Part shown: positions 37,845 through 51,937 of the stretch, in pieces | Layout: each line of letters starts with the position of its first letter | How positions within the stretch are numbered: position 1 is the first letter of the stretch | Origin: Mobula hypostoma | Lineage: Eukaryota | DNA length: 64,000 nucleotides | Assembly: GCF_963921235.1 (NCBI RefSeq) | Contig: NC_086118.1 | Coordinates: forward strand, 20,896,001 to 20,960,000 | Direction of reading: 5' to 3' | Made by a program: the position numbers and the translations under genes | Notes under the pieces: generated by a model | What the model was told of the DNA's origin: nothing | Seen by the model: only the letters and a program-made list of their open reading frames with translations | The model's database searches: none

Positions 37845-39060
37845 CTTGAGTTTGAATTGACTTTATTATATATTTCACATACGTGAGGTGTAAAAATCTT
37901 TACATTACGTCTCCATCAAAATGTGCAATGTGCAATCATAGTAATTTATAATAAATAGAACAGTCGATGCAATATAGAGTACACTCAAGTCAGCGTGAGT
38001 TCATCAGTCTGATGGCCTGGTGGAAGAAGCTGTCCTGGAACCTGTTGGTCCTAGCTTTTATGCTGCAGTACCGCTTCCCGGATGGTAGCAGCTGGAATAG
38101 ATCGTGGTTGGGATGGCTTGGTTCCCCAATGATCCTACAGGCCCTTTTTACACACCTATCCTTGATAAATGTCCTGAATCATGGGAAGTTCACAACTACA
38201 GATGCTCTGGACTGTTCAGACCACTCTCTGCAGAGCACAATTCGCATACCAGGCAGTGATGCAGCCAGTCAGGATGCTCTCAATTGTGCCCCTGTGGAAT
38301 GTTCTTAGTATTTGGGGGCCCATACCAAACTTCCTCAACCATCTGAGGTGAAAGAGGTGCTGTTGTGCCTTTTTCACCATACAGCCGGTGTGAATAGACC
38401 ATGTGAGGTCCTCGGTGATGTGGATGCCAAGGAACTTGAAACTATTTACCCTCTCAATCCCAGGTCCATTGACATCAATAGGGGTTAGCTCATCTCCATT
38501 TCTCCTGTAATCCACAAACAGCTCCTTTGTTTGTGCGACATTGAGGGAGAGGTTGTTTTCTTGACACCACTATGTCAGAAAGATGACTTCTTCCCTGTAA
38601 GCCACCTCATTATTGTTTGAAATAAACTAATCAATATAGTGTCATCGGCAAAATTAATTAGCAGATTGGGGCTATGGGTGGCGATACAGTCATGGGTATA
38701 CAGGGAATAAAGGAGGGGGCTCGGAACGCAGCCCTGAGGGGCTCCTGTATTGAGAGTCAGAGGGTTGGAGGTGAGAGAGCCCGCTCTTACAACCTGCTGG
38801 TGATCTGACAGGAAGTCCAGGATCCAGTTGCACAGGCAGGGTCAAGACCAAGGTCTCTGAGCTTTATGTCAAGCCTGGATGGAACTATGGTGTTGAATGC
38901 TGAACTGTAGTCCAAGAACAGCATTCTCACATAAGCATCCTTCTTCTCCAGATGGGTAAGGACGGTATGTAGAGCAGTGCCTATTGCGTCATCTGTTGAT
39001 CGGTTGTGTCGGTAGTTAAATTGTAGGGGGTCCAGTTTGGGTGGTAGCAAGCTGCAGATG
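37845..39060 (-). mobile_element. Rex1/Babar-like LINE 3' portion (RT), inserted into an older Penelope-like remnant
   Basis: LDPLQFNYRHNRSTDDAI..VRMLFLDYSSAFNTIVP (38787..39128) and FKFLGIHITEDLTW..KKAQQHLFHLR (38216..38515). Confidence 0.9.
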
Positions 39061-42000
39061 TTTTGCTGCAAGCTGCAAGGGTTGTTCCATGTGTGCATTT
39101 CAAAGATAGTAATAGATAGAGCCCACATAAGTTCAAAATAGCCACATCTTTAGCTTGAAAGAAAGATTGGAGTTGTTATTCACTGTAAGTATGGGTTCAA
39201 TCAGGCAAAGGAGAACAGTCACGTAAATGGACTGATTGGGCTATTATTCAAGGAAGAAGTGAAGGGTCCATGTGTAAGATTGAGGTGCAGATTTCACTCC
39301 AGGCGTCGTCGGTGAAGATAAACCACTTGTTCAAACCTGTCAAAATGATAGAATATATCGAAGGTGTCATAATAGGGGGCTTAATAAGGGGGAAAAATCT
39401 GATCTTTTAGACAAAAGCAATCTAGTATCAGAGATACTTATAAAATATGTTTCTCATGTAACTTTTTGGTATATGTTTTGAATCTTGTTAGAACTTTTAC
39501 TTAAGTTTTCATGTAAGGGATTTTGAGCTCTGTGGAAAAATTGTGTATGTATTTTGCATCATAGCTTTCATCCAAATTTTTTAATAACCAGCTTTATATA
39601 AAACATGCAGACCCTTGGAAAATATTACAAATATTTTATTCAATACATTGTTTTCAAAATTTTAAACTTTTGAATGACAGTTTAAGCTAATGCTTTTTGT
39701 TCAGATCTTCTACATTGTTAAGAAAAAATAATATTAAGGCTGGGCTACATTGGGTTATATGAAGAGCTTTGATGCTGGTATCTAACAAAACCTAGTCAAC
39801 TGTAATTACTGCTGATATGTTGGATACTGACACAGAATGCCAAGGGAAGCCTCCAGTTAAAAATTGTTTGGAAAACTGAATGTCTTTCTCACTTGGATGA
39901 CTAGCAGAAATGTTTTGAAGTTGATGAAGGAAAAAATATACATAATTCAGCTATCTCTAAAAAGTAACTTATAAAAAGCACAGGAAAACATCTGTAGTAC
40001 AAATAACCAGGAGTATGAAATTTGTACAGGCAGTACATAGTTTAAGTTATTGTATATATATCATAAATAAGCCTTCACTATCAGGCTTTGTAATAAATTT
40101 TGCTTGCATTCTTGCTATGCTTCAATAACTTTACTAAAATGATGGGCATATCTCATTGAATTTAATCTGTTTTGAACTATGATGAACATTTAGAATATCC
40201 TTCAGGGAGTGCAATGAAAACAATAGAAATTATTCATTGACTTACTTCCACCTTTACAAGTATGCACTCTAAATTCTAATAATTAATTTATACAAAACCT
40301 CAACTCTCCTTCTGCTAGTTGCTTTTGAATGTATGACCTCTGGCTATTGCCCTTCTGCTATCAGACACAGTTTCTCTCTACTTATTCTTTCAAAACCAAT
40401 CATTGTTTTCAGTGGTTATTAAATTTCCCATTATCATTTTCTGGTTTATGGAAACAATCCCAAGTGGTCTGTCCATGTAACAGGAATCCCTCATTTCTTG
40501 AAATAGCAATACCATAGGTGAGTGCCGTACTGAGCCCACAATAATGCGAGTGAAACTATTGAAGTAGAAGTTTGTTTCTGAGAAGCAATTGAAATCTAAG
40601 GGAATGCAATTAAACAGACTTTTGAATTGATGTGTTAAAGTAACCTTCAGGCACTACTATGGTGGAAATAAGGCAGGTAGCATGATTTGTTTCTTACATT
40701 TACCTTCCCGACAAATTCCATACACTACTCTAGAGTGCAATAGGTTCTTTTTTATATTACTGCATGCTGATATAACTTTGGTTTGATTATAGAAGCATTA
40801 TTTTATTTATTGTGAGCAGAATTGCGAATCTCTGAAGGCCTTACTATTAGGAGAAATCTAGAAGGTCTCCAGTTGTTCATCCTGTTGATCTGATGAGATT
40901 ATTAACATAACCGGGATCTACAAGAATGGAATGGGAGTATAGAAAAATCAGAGCTATGAAACTGGTCCAGCTTTCTTTTTTCTACCCATCTCTGGAAATG
41001 AATTCTTGATCATCATATACCATCATCCCTTTGGGATAGAATAAGGAAATTTTGTGTTTCTTACAATCTTCTACATCAACAGATTTTGTTCAGAATGATC
41101 CTGGAGCCTTCTGAAGTTGGCTCTCTGGATATCCTGCTTTGTGTGCAATAAAGCAGACAACTAAGCCAACAACTGGAGTTAAACTGCTCAGGTTGTATTT
41201 AACTTTATATTAAGGCAGATATCTTTCCTTTTACCTCTCATGCATTAGAAAGCATCGGTATGTGGTGGTAGGCAGAGTGGGAATTCTTTGCTGCCCATAT
41301 TCATTAGGTCTTTGTACAGCACAGAAATGGACTCTTCAAGTCACTAACAAAGTTTTTGCCTGTTTAGCCTTATAGGACTTTCTTGCATTAGGTATGTATT
41401 TTTCATACCTTGCCTATTCAAATGCTGATCTAAATATCTCAAATATAATGATTGTGTATCTGATTCCACACTTCCTCTGGCAGTGAATTCCAGATATCAA
41501 TCAACCATAAACCAATGCCCTCTTGTGTTTGAAACCCCTACTATGGGGAAAAAGATTCTGACTACCAAGTTGCACCGTCTTCGATTCTCAATTCATGGCT
41601 GCATTCAATTAAATGTATTTCAGAGGCAGAATACAATGTACAGACACAACATTCAAGTAAGTAGAGAGCTAATATGCAGGAATGAATCTCAAGGCACTCT
41701 TATTCTGAAAACTAATGGCGTGGTAAATTAACTGCTGTGGAATAAAGCCTTGCTGTTGAGCAACAGTTGTTATTGCTCATAGCTGAATAACAAGGCAAAA
41801 TAAACAAGAGATATATGAATTTAGGTTAAGTATACATGACAAGAGAAGATACTGTTTTATGATTTCATGGCCAGGAAAGGAACAACTTTAAGGTTTTACA
41901 GTTTCATGCTGCCTATAATAGCTGCTGTTGAATTTCTCATTTATATTAGTGGTGTTATTTGATATAGGTGTTGCTTGAAGATAGCTATTTTATACACCTT

Positions 42001-42259
42001 TACACTACAGAATTGCATTTCATGACAACACCCATTTTAAGTGCTGGCACTATAATATAAATGATCATTTAGTCAGTCACTCATACATACTGCGATTTTA
42101 AGATACCCACTAGCAGAAGTCAGATGTTAACAGAAACAAACTAAATAGTGTCTTCCAACTCTACAGCATCAAGTGTGTATTAGAACTTGTCGTGATTTTG
42201 CCAAGATCATCTACGAAGTAAGCTCCTTCCATATTTCCCATTTCCTGCACATTACATCA

Positions 42260-43030
42260 GAACAGAATCAGGTTTATTATCACCGGCATGTGAGGTAAAA
42301 TTTGTTAACTTAGTAGCAGCCGTTCAATGCAATACATAATCTAGCAGAGAGAGAGAAAAAAATAATAAATAAAATAAAACTTAATAATAAATAAACAAGT
42401 AAATCAATTACATATATTGAATATTTTTTTTAATGTGCAAACACAGAAGTACTGTATATTAAAAAAAGTGAGGTAGTGTCCAAAGCTTCAGTGTCCATTT
42501 AGGAATCAGATGGCAGAGAGGAAGAAGCTGTTCCTGAATCGCTGAGTGTGTGCCTTCAGGCTTCTGTATCTCCTACCTGTTGGTAACAGTGAGAAAAGGG
42601 CATACCCTGGGTGCTGGAGGTCTTTAATAATGGACCCTGCCTTTTTGAGACATCACTTCCTAAAGATGTCCTGGGCACTTTGTAGGCTAGTGCCCAAGAT
42701 GGAGCTGACTAGATTTACAACCTTCTGCAGCTTCTTTCAGTCCTGGGCAGTAGCCCCTCCATACCAGATCGTGATGCAGCCTGTCAGAATGTTCTCCACG
42801 GTACAACTATAGAAGTATTTGAGTGTATGCCAAATCTCTTCAGACTCCTAATAAAGTATAGCTGCTGTCTTGCCTTTATGACTACATCAATATGTTGGGA
42901 CCAGGTTAGGTCCTCAAAGATCTTGACACCCAGGAACTTGAAACTGCTCATTCTCTCCACTTCTGATCCCTCTATGAGGATTGGTATGTGTTCCTTTGTC
43001 TTACCCTTCTTGAAGTCCACAATCAGCTCT
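42260..43030 (-). mobile_element. Rex1/Babar-like LINE 3' fragment
   Basis: DFKK..SFKFLGVKIFEDLTWSQH..KARQQLYFIRSLKRFG (42784..43020) plus 3' UTR. Confidence 0.88.
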
Positions 43031-43379
43031 TAATTAGGACCAGAAATAGACCTTTGAATAAGGGGTATCTCATTAGTTGTTTCTTACTTATGAACTTGAA
43101 TGGAATTTCCCTGATCTATTTAGTATTAAAAAAAAAGCAGACTCAGATCTGCTATACCATTTAATAGGATCATAGTTTCTCTGAATGTAACTTCAACTTT
43201 GCATTTCTATCTACCCACCATCATCCTTCATTCGTTTGCTTAGCTATTGTTTATCTATCATTGACATTTTCAAGTTTTCTACTTCCACCATGCTGAGAAA
43301 TACATCAACAACTTGGATGTTATTGGATCTGACAGTTTAATTCTTATATAGACTGTTTAATTGTTATTTTCTTTGCAGT

Positions 43380-45700
43380 TATTTTCTTTTGCAATTCAGA
43401 TCATATGAATTAAGATTGAATCAAAACAAAAGGCAAAGTTGTGAAACCTAAGAGCTCTTACCTGAACAAAACATCACAGTTTGAGAAAATTAATGAAGAA
43501 CTCCAGGACAAAATATCCCAACAATGATACGTGTATTAAAATCCAGCAAATTGCTGAGGGAAAGGAAGAAGCTGGAATGGCTGCTGCTGATTTAGAAATA
43601 AAACAGCATGGTCGGTTTCATTGATAAAAAGTTAACAGGGTGAGTAGAGACTTTCACTAATTGAAAGAAATGCTAGTCTTGCAATAAACTACAAACACAG
43701 TATGATATAGACTGTAAAAAGTCTAAAAAGCAAATCTGCATTAACTAAACAAGCAAAAGAACAACAGTAATTCAATTGTAGTGTGTTGTATGGAGCTCAG
43801 AGGCAAACAGCAAACTGAAACAATATGAAGAAGCTGAACAAGGGCTTCAAGTGGGCAGTCCTGCTAGTGCCACTCCCAGCGGCGCTACCTCTGAAGCTGT
43901 GCCATGGGAAACACCCCAGAGTAAGCGGCACCATCTGAACGCTGAAGAATTGCAGGATGAACATGACATGGACTCTGCAGCGGTCCCTAGTGACTCCAAT
44001 GAGAATGACAGTGATGAAACAATAAGATTGACAGCTATGTCATGCTTGCTCCAATAAAGACCAAGGGAGTGAAGACACATAGGACTGTAGATAAAACCAT
44101 TGATAATCAATATATTGACAAGCTGGTGGCAGATCCCTCAACTATTGCTCAACAATTTACTGACAGGCAGGAGGTGCTCAGGCAATCCTGTGACTCTTAC
44201 TGAAGAACAACTGAAAGCATTTCAAACTTTAAAGGTGACATTGTGTTTTACACTTGCATTAAGAATCCCTGATACAGGTAAATCATTTACCTTGTATGTC
44301 AATGAGAAACCCATGATGACAGGCAGTCTTAACACAAGAACATGGGGACCGACAGCGTCCTGTTGGTTATTGCTCTGCTAAAGATCCGATCCTACTTAGA
44401 TGGTTGAGAGAGGAATCTAAATGTCTGGATGGGCTGTACTCTCTGAACCTGAAGTGCTGGCGTCAGGAAGCACGGCTCCTCGCACTTCTCCACAATAGGC
44501 AGAACTAAAGGTTTTGATTGAAGCCTGTAAGTTAGCAGAAGTAAGATCAGCTACTATCTTGACTGATTCTCTATGCTTTTGGAGTTGATCGGATTTTGGA
44601 AATTTATGGAGACTAAAAGGATTTCTCACAGCTGTAGGAACCCCAATCAAGAATGGCCAACTAATACAAGAAGTACGGATGTCATTCATTTGCCACAGAA
44701 GTTGCTGTATTAAAATGTGAAAACCACTCCAAAATGACCACAATAGAAAGCTGTGGAAATGCATTCATGGATGAGATTGTAAATGTGCAGCACAGAAAGA
44801 AGTAAAATAAATGAAAGAAGTACCAAAGACAGATGCAGTGAAACCGACTACTGGAATAATGGAAACAAAGTTCAATTCTGCCACAGATGAACATACAAGA
44901 TATTCAAGCGATGCAAGCTCAATGTTCTAACTGGAAAAAGTGGTTGTGAATGGAGAATGGTGGGGAATTAAGTCGTGATGGGGATATAGTACTAGGAGCT
45001 CCAATTATGTTGTTTCACTATTTGGCAGAGTAAATACATTCTGTAGGACACATTAGAGTGCAATAGATGATCGACAGATTCTCCCAATGGTAGTGGAATC
45101 CGAAGTTTGAAAACTGCATGACATTACAGAAAATAATTTCTGGAGCAGCGGAAAAGCTACCACAATTTTGCCCCACCTAGTCTACTTTTACACTTACAAG
45201 TCGACTACATTACTTCGCCTAAGTGTCAAGAATATTCAAATGTACTGGTAATAGTGGACTAGTTTTCTAGTTGGGTGGAAACTATTCCCAAAAAGAAAGC
45301 CACTGTCACACACAACTCTGATCAAGGAATATATTCCTAGATGGGGATTGCAATGTCACATCGACTCTGACCAAAGAACACATTTCACCAGGAGTGTTTG
45401 TCAGGAATTATGTTGACTGATTAATATTGAATGGTCTTTTCATTGTCTATATCCCCCAGTCATCAGAACAAGTTGAACAAATTAAAGGACTCATCCAACA
45501 ACAACTGACTAAGTGTCATTAGGAAGGTGTACCATGACTTATTAGAGCAATCCCAAACAAGAAAACTAAACTAAGTCCATTCAAGGTGATAACTGGGCAT
45601 CCTATGTCACTGCCGGGAGCTCTTGATGTCAGATAGACTGATATACACATTATGGCAGACAGTTTAAAGAATGCATCGGAATATTGATCAACAGTTGGGA
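43380..45700 (+). mobile_element. Decayed endogenous retrovirus internal region (gag-like part, RT thumb/connection, RNase H, integrase)
   Basis: EQLKAFQTLK..LALRIPDTGKSFTLYVNEK (44100..44381). SPQ*AELKVLIEACKLA..ILTDS and DFGNLWRLKGFLTAVGTPIKNG at ~44490-44660. HLQVDYIT..VLVIVD*FSSWVETIP and IPRWG..IDSDQRTHFT at ~45190-45390. Many stops and frameshifts; boundaries approximate. Confidence 0.85.
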
Positions 45701-45719
45701 GGGGTCCAGGTCTATCTGA

Positions 45720-46405
45720 AAAGGGCATCTCAGATTTATAATGGTGTGAAAATTAACAGTGTGCTGTGTTCATAAGTGGGGGCATAAAATATAAGAGTTG
45801 AGTGTTGTAATGACACAAACTCTGGATAGGTCACACTTGGAATATTGTGTACAGATATTGTCACTCCATTTTAGAAACAATGCAGTTGTGCTGGAAAGAG
45901 TGTAGAGGGGATTCAGTGGGATGTTGCCTAAATTGAAAGACTTTAGCTATGGGGAAAGAGTAGATAGTTTGAGCATGTTTACCCTGGAGTGAAGGAGACC
46001 GTGGGTGATCCAGTAGGATATATAAGATTCTGTATGTAAGTATGTAGTGTGATTTGCACCTTGGCCCTGGAGGAGTAATGTTTCGTTTAGCTATAGACAT
46101 GTGCATTGGTGAATGACAAACGTGAGGTGGAATTACATTTCCCCATGATAGGAGTATTAAAATCAATAGTATATTATTTGGGAAATAGGAGATTAAGGGG
46201 GATTTTAGGCTTAAATTTTATATAGAGGGTAGTTGATGTCGAGAACATGTTGCCAGAGGACATGATGGAATTGGATACAATTGTTATATTTAAGAGACAC
46301 TTTAATCGAAAAGGTATAGAAGTATATGGTGCTAATGCCAGCATTGGGATTAGTATAAATGTATTGGGCTGAAGGGTCCATTTTTCTACTGTACAACTCT
46401 AACTC
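45720..46405 (+). mobile_element. Old CR1-like LINE 3' fragment
   Basis: ggtcacacttggaatattgtgtacag (HLEYCVQ) and a CR1-type tail. Confidence 0.65.
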
Positions 46406-46409
46406 TGGA

Positions 46410-47290
46410 ACTTAAAGAGTTCCAAAGACTCATGACTCTTTGAGAGAGAAAAATAATTGGCTCATCTCTGTTTTAAATGGGGGACATCAAATTTTTAAGT
46501 CCTTACTGCTAGTTCTAGATTCTCCCACAAGGAATCATCCTCTTGACATCCACCAGTCAAGACTTTTCAGAGTTTTATATTTGAATCAAATCACCTCTCA
46601 GTCTGCTACCTCCAGCAGATACAAGACTAGCCTGTCCAACTTTTCATGAGGTAACCTGTCAATTTCAGATAAGTAGTTTTGTACATCTCTGAAATTCTTC
46701 CAACACATTGACAGTATTTTGTAAATAAATACAAAACTGCATACACTACTCCAATTATAGACTAATTTACATAGAAACATAGAAAATCTACAGCACATTA
46801 CAGTCCCTTTGGCCCACAATGTTGTGCCGACCATGTAACGTACTCTAGAAGCTGACTAGAAGTTCAGCATCAGCTCTCTAATTTTCTATTCCTTTCCCTT
46901 CTGCAATAAATAGCATTCCCTTGATTAATTATATTAAGCATAAAAGCTTTGTGCAATCATGCAATAAAACACCTGTATTTGTTGGCAGCTCAGAACTTCG
47001 CAAACTCATCACTTAGACAAAATGGTTTTTCCATTTTTCCTGCCATTAACAATTTTCTGTTTATCCACATTGCATTCCATTTGCTGGAACTTTGCCCTCT
47101 CACGTAACCTATCCCTATGGCAGCTTATCTTAGTACCTATCTTGGAGTCATCAACAAAGTGCCTTCATCAAAGTTGATATAAATCTCCAAAAGACTAAGG
47201 GCCTGGTACTGATCCCTGTGGCACATCATTCATTATATTTTGTCAATAGGTAAAATATGCATTTGTGCCTACTTTCTGATTCCTGTTAAT
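46410..47290 (-). mobile_element. Old CR1-like LINE fragments
   Basis: ggtactgatccctgtggcacatc is the reverse complement of a VPQGSV motif. Resembles other minus-strand CR1 copies. Confidence 0.55.
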
Positions 47291-49706
47291 CCCCTAATAC
47301 AGGTATTACTTTCCCTACCAATATGTTACCTTCTACAGCATGAGCTTTTATTCTAAGGTATAGGAGCAGAATTTGGCCATTCAGCCGAATTCTTGAAGGG
47401 AGGAGTTTCTGTATACAGTATTATCATTGTGTTAAAACTGATGTCTTTTTGTCTATGGGAAGTGTTTTCTGAAAAGTGGCAATGAAGTCTAGGCCTACTA
47501 TCAGAATATTGTTTTGCAATATGTGATACGGAGCTTAAGGAAAAAGCTGGAATGAAAAATTATCCAATAAATGCTGTTTCCTTATTTTAAGTGATAAACT
47601 GTAACAATATTATTCATTACCTTGAAAAGAGTTGTTGAATTGAATATGGTGAAAGTCGTAGGTCACAGGAATGAATGTTATTACATGACTGAATTTGAGT
47701 CAGCTTTTGCCTGTTCTTTATTGTATAATAGCACCATCCACTGGCATGAAGTAGTATAGTCTTCTCTAGAACTATCGTTAGCTTTAAATAAAAATAAAAA
47801 TGTCTATTAAAATACACTACTCATGACTCAGTTGGTTAAAGTAGCAAGAAGCTAGAGTATATCAACCAAGTGGAACAATTTTCAGATAAGCAGTCATCAA
47901 AATGTTTTAGCTCATCTCAGAATAGAGAATATACAAATGTTTTACCTAAGTGAAAAATATTATTATTAATAATATTAATAAAATATTACTTGACTACCAA
48001 TTTGATACATCATAAGCCTTCCCCAAACTGAAGTATCTGTCATAAATTGAATGTAGTATCTGCCTAGCTATTGAATTAAATCCTGCAAGATAAATTTGGC
48101 TGCAGCATATTATATGGAGAAATGCTCAGGGTGGGAACATATTTAGAAAATTTGTGTTTTTAGTTAATATAGAAAGCAAACCAAACCAACTTCACATGAA
48201 ATTCATACTTAATTACTAATAATCCTTAATTTGACTTTCCCTTGGAATTTCCACATCCAGCTCTTAGCCATGCTTTGTCCCTCAATGTGCTCATTCTCTG
48301 GAGTGAATGTAACTGCAGGGGCCACAGAAGTTACGTTGAGTAAAAAATCCAAAATTAATTGTTTCAGGGATTATATAATATGACTTTTAGAGCCATTATT
48401 AATAGTTCCTTTTCTACTGTCTCTATTTGTTCTGTATTGTTTCACATTATTCAGCACATGGTTATTGCTCATAAATGCTTGGCTTAGTGATGATGTTTGA
48501 GGTAAACTGGTTAATCCAATACCAGAGTGCAATGGCTCTTTGTTACTGCTGTCTTCACTTAGATGAAGGTGATTCAGGAGAGGAAAATTAGTCTTATTAT
48601 TTACTTTTCAGGATGGAATAAGTTGAGATGGTATGAAATGTGTGTCACTGGATGAGCCAGAAATGCTGAAGGTAACTCATCAAGTCTTGACATTGTTCAG
48701 CTAAGTAGGTCCTCAGCCAGACTGACACAAAGTGAGGAGAAAATAATTAACCATTGTCTCTCAGACAAGTGACTCTATGAAAGTTGTACTAATTTTAAGT
48801 GCTTTAACCAAGACAATGAAGAGCAGTCTAAGTCTAATTCTTTTGAATTACTTAAATGAATGCACTATTGCAGACAAATATAGAATTAAAATAAGATTTG
48901 TTTAGTGTTAGTACAACTACTAAATATCTGAGAGATTTTCATATTCTCTGCATTTGCATAGATATGTGGACATTAGTGCTGAGCAAACATGGCAGGCAAT
49001 TTCTGCATGCAATATTCCATAGATGAGATTAATATCTTCCCTCTATTATGCCAGATGTGGAATTTCACATTGTACAGGTTCAGTTGAGAAAAACATAGAT
49101 CATCGGTCATCAGTGCATGGATTTATTAGATATACAAATCTGGAGGTACAAGTTTTGAATTCTCCTTGAACATTTGACAAATTATTAAAAGTAAAAGTAA
49201 ATTAAAAATACAACCTCAACCAAGAAAACAGAGTAAAACATAAAATAAAGTTAAATACTACATTAAACAATAGATCTTTTTGAGAGCTGCTTGGTTACAA
49301 CTAACCTTACAGCACACAAATGACACAATTTAATAACTTTTTAAAATTTTGGTATGCCACAGTAAGGGAATCTGTAAATAGAAAAAGAGGCAGAAAAACT
49401 GGAAATGGGAAAATGTAAAATTCCAAACTGCAGAGCAAGTCCTTTTAAAACAAAGATAATTAATGTTTAAATGTCACCTCTTTCTGCAGAGCTAATGTGC
49501 ACCTCCAAAATTATTTTGTGAAAGAATTCTATCACTAAGCAACAGCATAGGAAAATCTACACCATCAGCAGAGGAAATCTACATCATCAGAATTTCAAGA
49601 GGAGAACTAAAAAATCTGTTGATTTGTACTATGGTTTTCTTGCTGTAACTCCAAGCATAAATTCACTCCTTTATCCTTGAATTTGACCTACCCTCTGTTT
49701 AGTTAT

Positions 49707-49844
49707 CCTCACGATAGACTGGCGTCCTATCGGGGTTGGGTGGGGGGGGGGGGAGTCTCGTACTCTCAGTTGCTTCACGCCACAGAAACCGGCATAAGCA
49801 CCGGCCTGATGGGCCACAAGGCTCGAGACAGACTTTAACTTTAA
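49707..49844 (+). mobile_element. 5'-truncated SINE (Meta/V-domain-like) nested in a CR1 remnant
   Basis: Exact 12-bp TSD ctgtttagttat (49695-49706 and 49845-49856), 3' stem-loop gggcc..ggctc and a repeated actttta-like (acttta) tail. Confidence 0.7.
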
Positions 49845-51853
49845 CTGTTTAGTTATACTCTTTTTATTAATACCAGTGTAAAATGCCTTGGGATTCACTA
49901 GATCCTGCTCATCAAGGACTTTTCATGGCTCCTTTTGGCCTTCCTAATCACTGCTTGTGCACTTTCCTGTTATCTTTATATTACAAATGGTCGTAATGAT
50001 CTTGCTATACCTTACATGTGCTTGCTTTTTCTTCCTGACTAAATTTAGGACATTTCTGGTCATCTAAGGTTCCCTTACCTTATCATCTTTGTCCTTACTC
50101 CTTACCAGAACGTGATGATCTTGAATTCTGATTAGCTGGTCTCCGAACAACTCCCACATGTCAGACATGGACTTGTCCAACAGCAGCTGCTCCTCAAGTC
50201 CTGTCTTACTGTGTTGTACTTTGCCCTCTCCCAATTTATTATCTTTCCATTATATCTGATTATCACTCTGTCAATCGTTGTGTTTCTGTTCCTTCGTCTC
50301 TTGGTGGCTATTGGGGTGACTGTGGTACAGGGGTTTCCCAACCATTTTAATGCCATGGGCAAAACAACTAAGCAATGGGTCTGTGAACCAGGGGTTGGGA
50401 ACCCCTGCTATAGGATAATCTCATCAACGTAATGGCACTTGTGTTATTTTGACGCTCCACCCAAATGACCTCATGCTGTAACATTCTCCCTTATTGGTAG
50501 GGATTGTGGACTTCCGAGTTACAGTGTGCAAAGCTGAGCTCATTCCTACATTATGGTTGATCAGTGGCTCTCTCTGAAACTGATAGTTAAAACTCAGCAC
50601 ATTCCAGTAGTTGACTGTGGATCTGCAGAAGTTGAGTCTGTAGTTGGACATCATTAGTGGCAACAGCAGGTAATTTACTGCTTGGGCGTCAGGTCCAGCT
50701 ACAATTATAAGTTATTCATGTGAGCAAAGTCGGGGAGGTGTTTTAGACCTATAAAACTTCACCTATATTCTAGTGGCAAGACATTTACTGTCACTGGCTC
50801 TGATACCTTCATATATGGGGGGGAATGTATTACTTAAATCTTGCAGCAAGTATATTACTGCTGTTGAGCAATTATTGCTGATATACGTGCCTAAATGATG
50901 ATTAAGGATAGGATCAGACAGCTTACGGGAGTTATGATGAAATAACCTGCAGGTTCCAAGCATTCAGACATAAAACACTTTGTCTGCTTAAACAATTTGG
51001 AGTGAATTTGTGCAACACCATCTCTGACAGAGGAGGTTTGGTGAGCAAATGAGAGAAAAAAAATGCCTTTGTTACTGAGGTGATTAATCAAGTAAATAAT
51101 AGTTGCTTTTGAAATATTAGGATGACTTAATTACCTAAGATGGAGATTTTGAAAATAATGAAAAAGTTAAAGATGATAACGATGAGTTGTTTCAAGTTAA
51201 TGGGGTGTCCAAATCAACATAAATATAAGATTGTCAGTAATAAATCCATTAACTGATTGAGAAGAAACTTTATCCAGGGGAGCATTGAAAATGTGGAATG
51301 ATCTGTTTCTGTGTTGTAATTTTTAAATGATAAGCTAGCTATAAGCACATTGCAAACTGTTATCAATGAACTCTGTTTAACTTGTTTGATAAATCCATCT
51401 GTATTTGATATTTTCATCCCTTGACTATTTTCTCTCACGTTATTATGTCTGGGTAAAGAAATAATCATTTGTAGTTGGCTGCTAAAAAGCACAATACTTT
51501 GATTAAGAAAGCTTGTATTATCTGTGCCACTGGTGAGAAACATGACTTCATTTTATAAAAATTTAATATAGTTTTTGAAGAAAGATTGCAGTTTGACAAG
51601 TGCTTTCAATCAGTTTCTATATTATTCCCTTATCACAAGTAGTAAGTGTATAACTTAACACTGGTATTTCAAGTTTGTTTGGGTCTTGGTCAGATTTATT
51701 TAGTCTGTTTCACAAAACTTTCTGATGTTGGTATAAGTTTGCATGTTGCATGCAGACAATGAGATTAATCTTGCCCTTCACTTGTTCTCAGTTAATTCTG
51801 AAGTAGGTATATTTAGTCAGAATTCAGTACTTGGCTCATTTTTTTTTATATAG

Positions 51854-51937
51854 GGTACGCGAAGCTGCCATGACAAGTTTGATGGAACTCACAATACTAT
51901 TGGTACAGACTCATCCTCAGCTCATTTCTCCTGATAA
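51854..51937 (+). CDS. TBCD: TBCD coding exon (84 nt): VREAAMTSLMELTILLVQTHPQLISPD(N)
   Basis: Poly-T tract with tatag acceptor and gtgagt donor. Completes W-VREAAM across an 18-kb intron. Confidence 0.96.

Noticed and set aside
44108..44135. QYIDKLVAD read as a decayed RT YxDD motif
   Set aside because: Its position just before the connection domain fits the thumb motif (NYCR.W...S.IAQPL.D) better.
49801..49835. cctgatgggccacaaggctcgagac as a hammerhead core
   Set aside because: CTGATGG and GAGA break both conserved boxes. It is better explained as the SINE 3' stem-loop.
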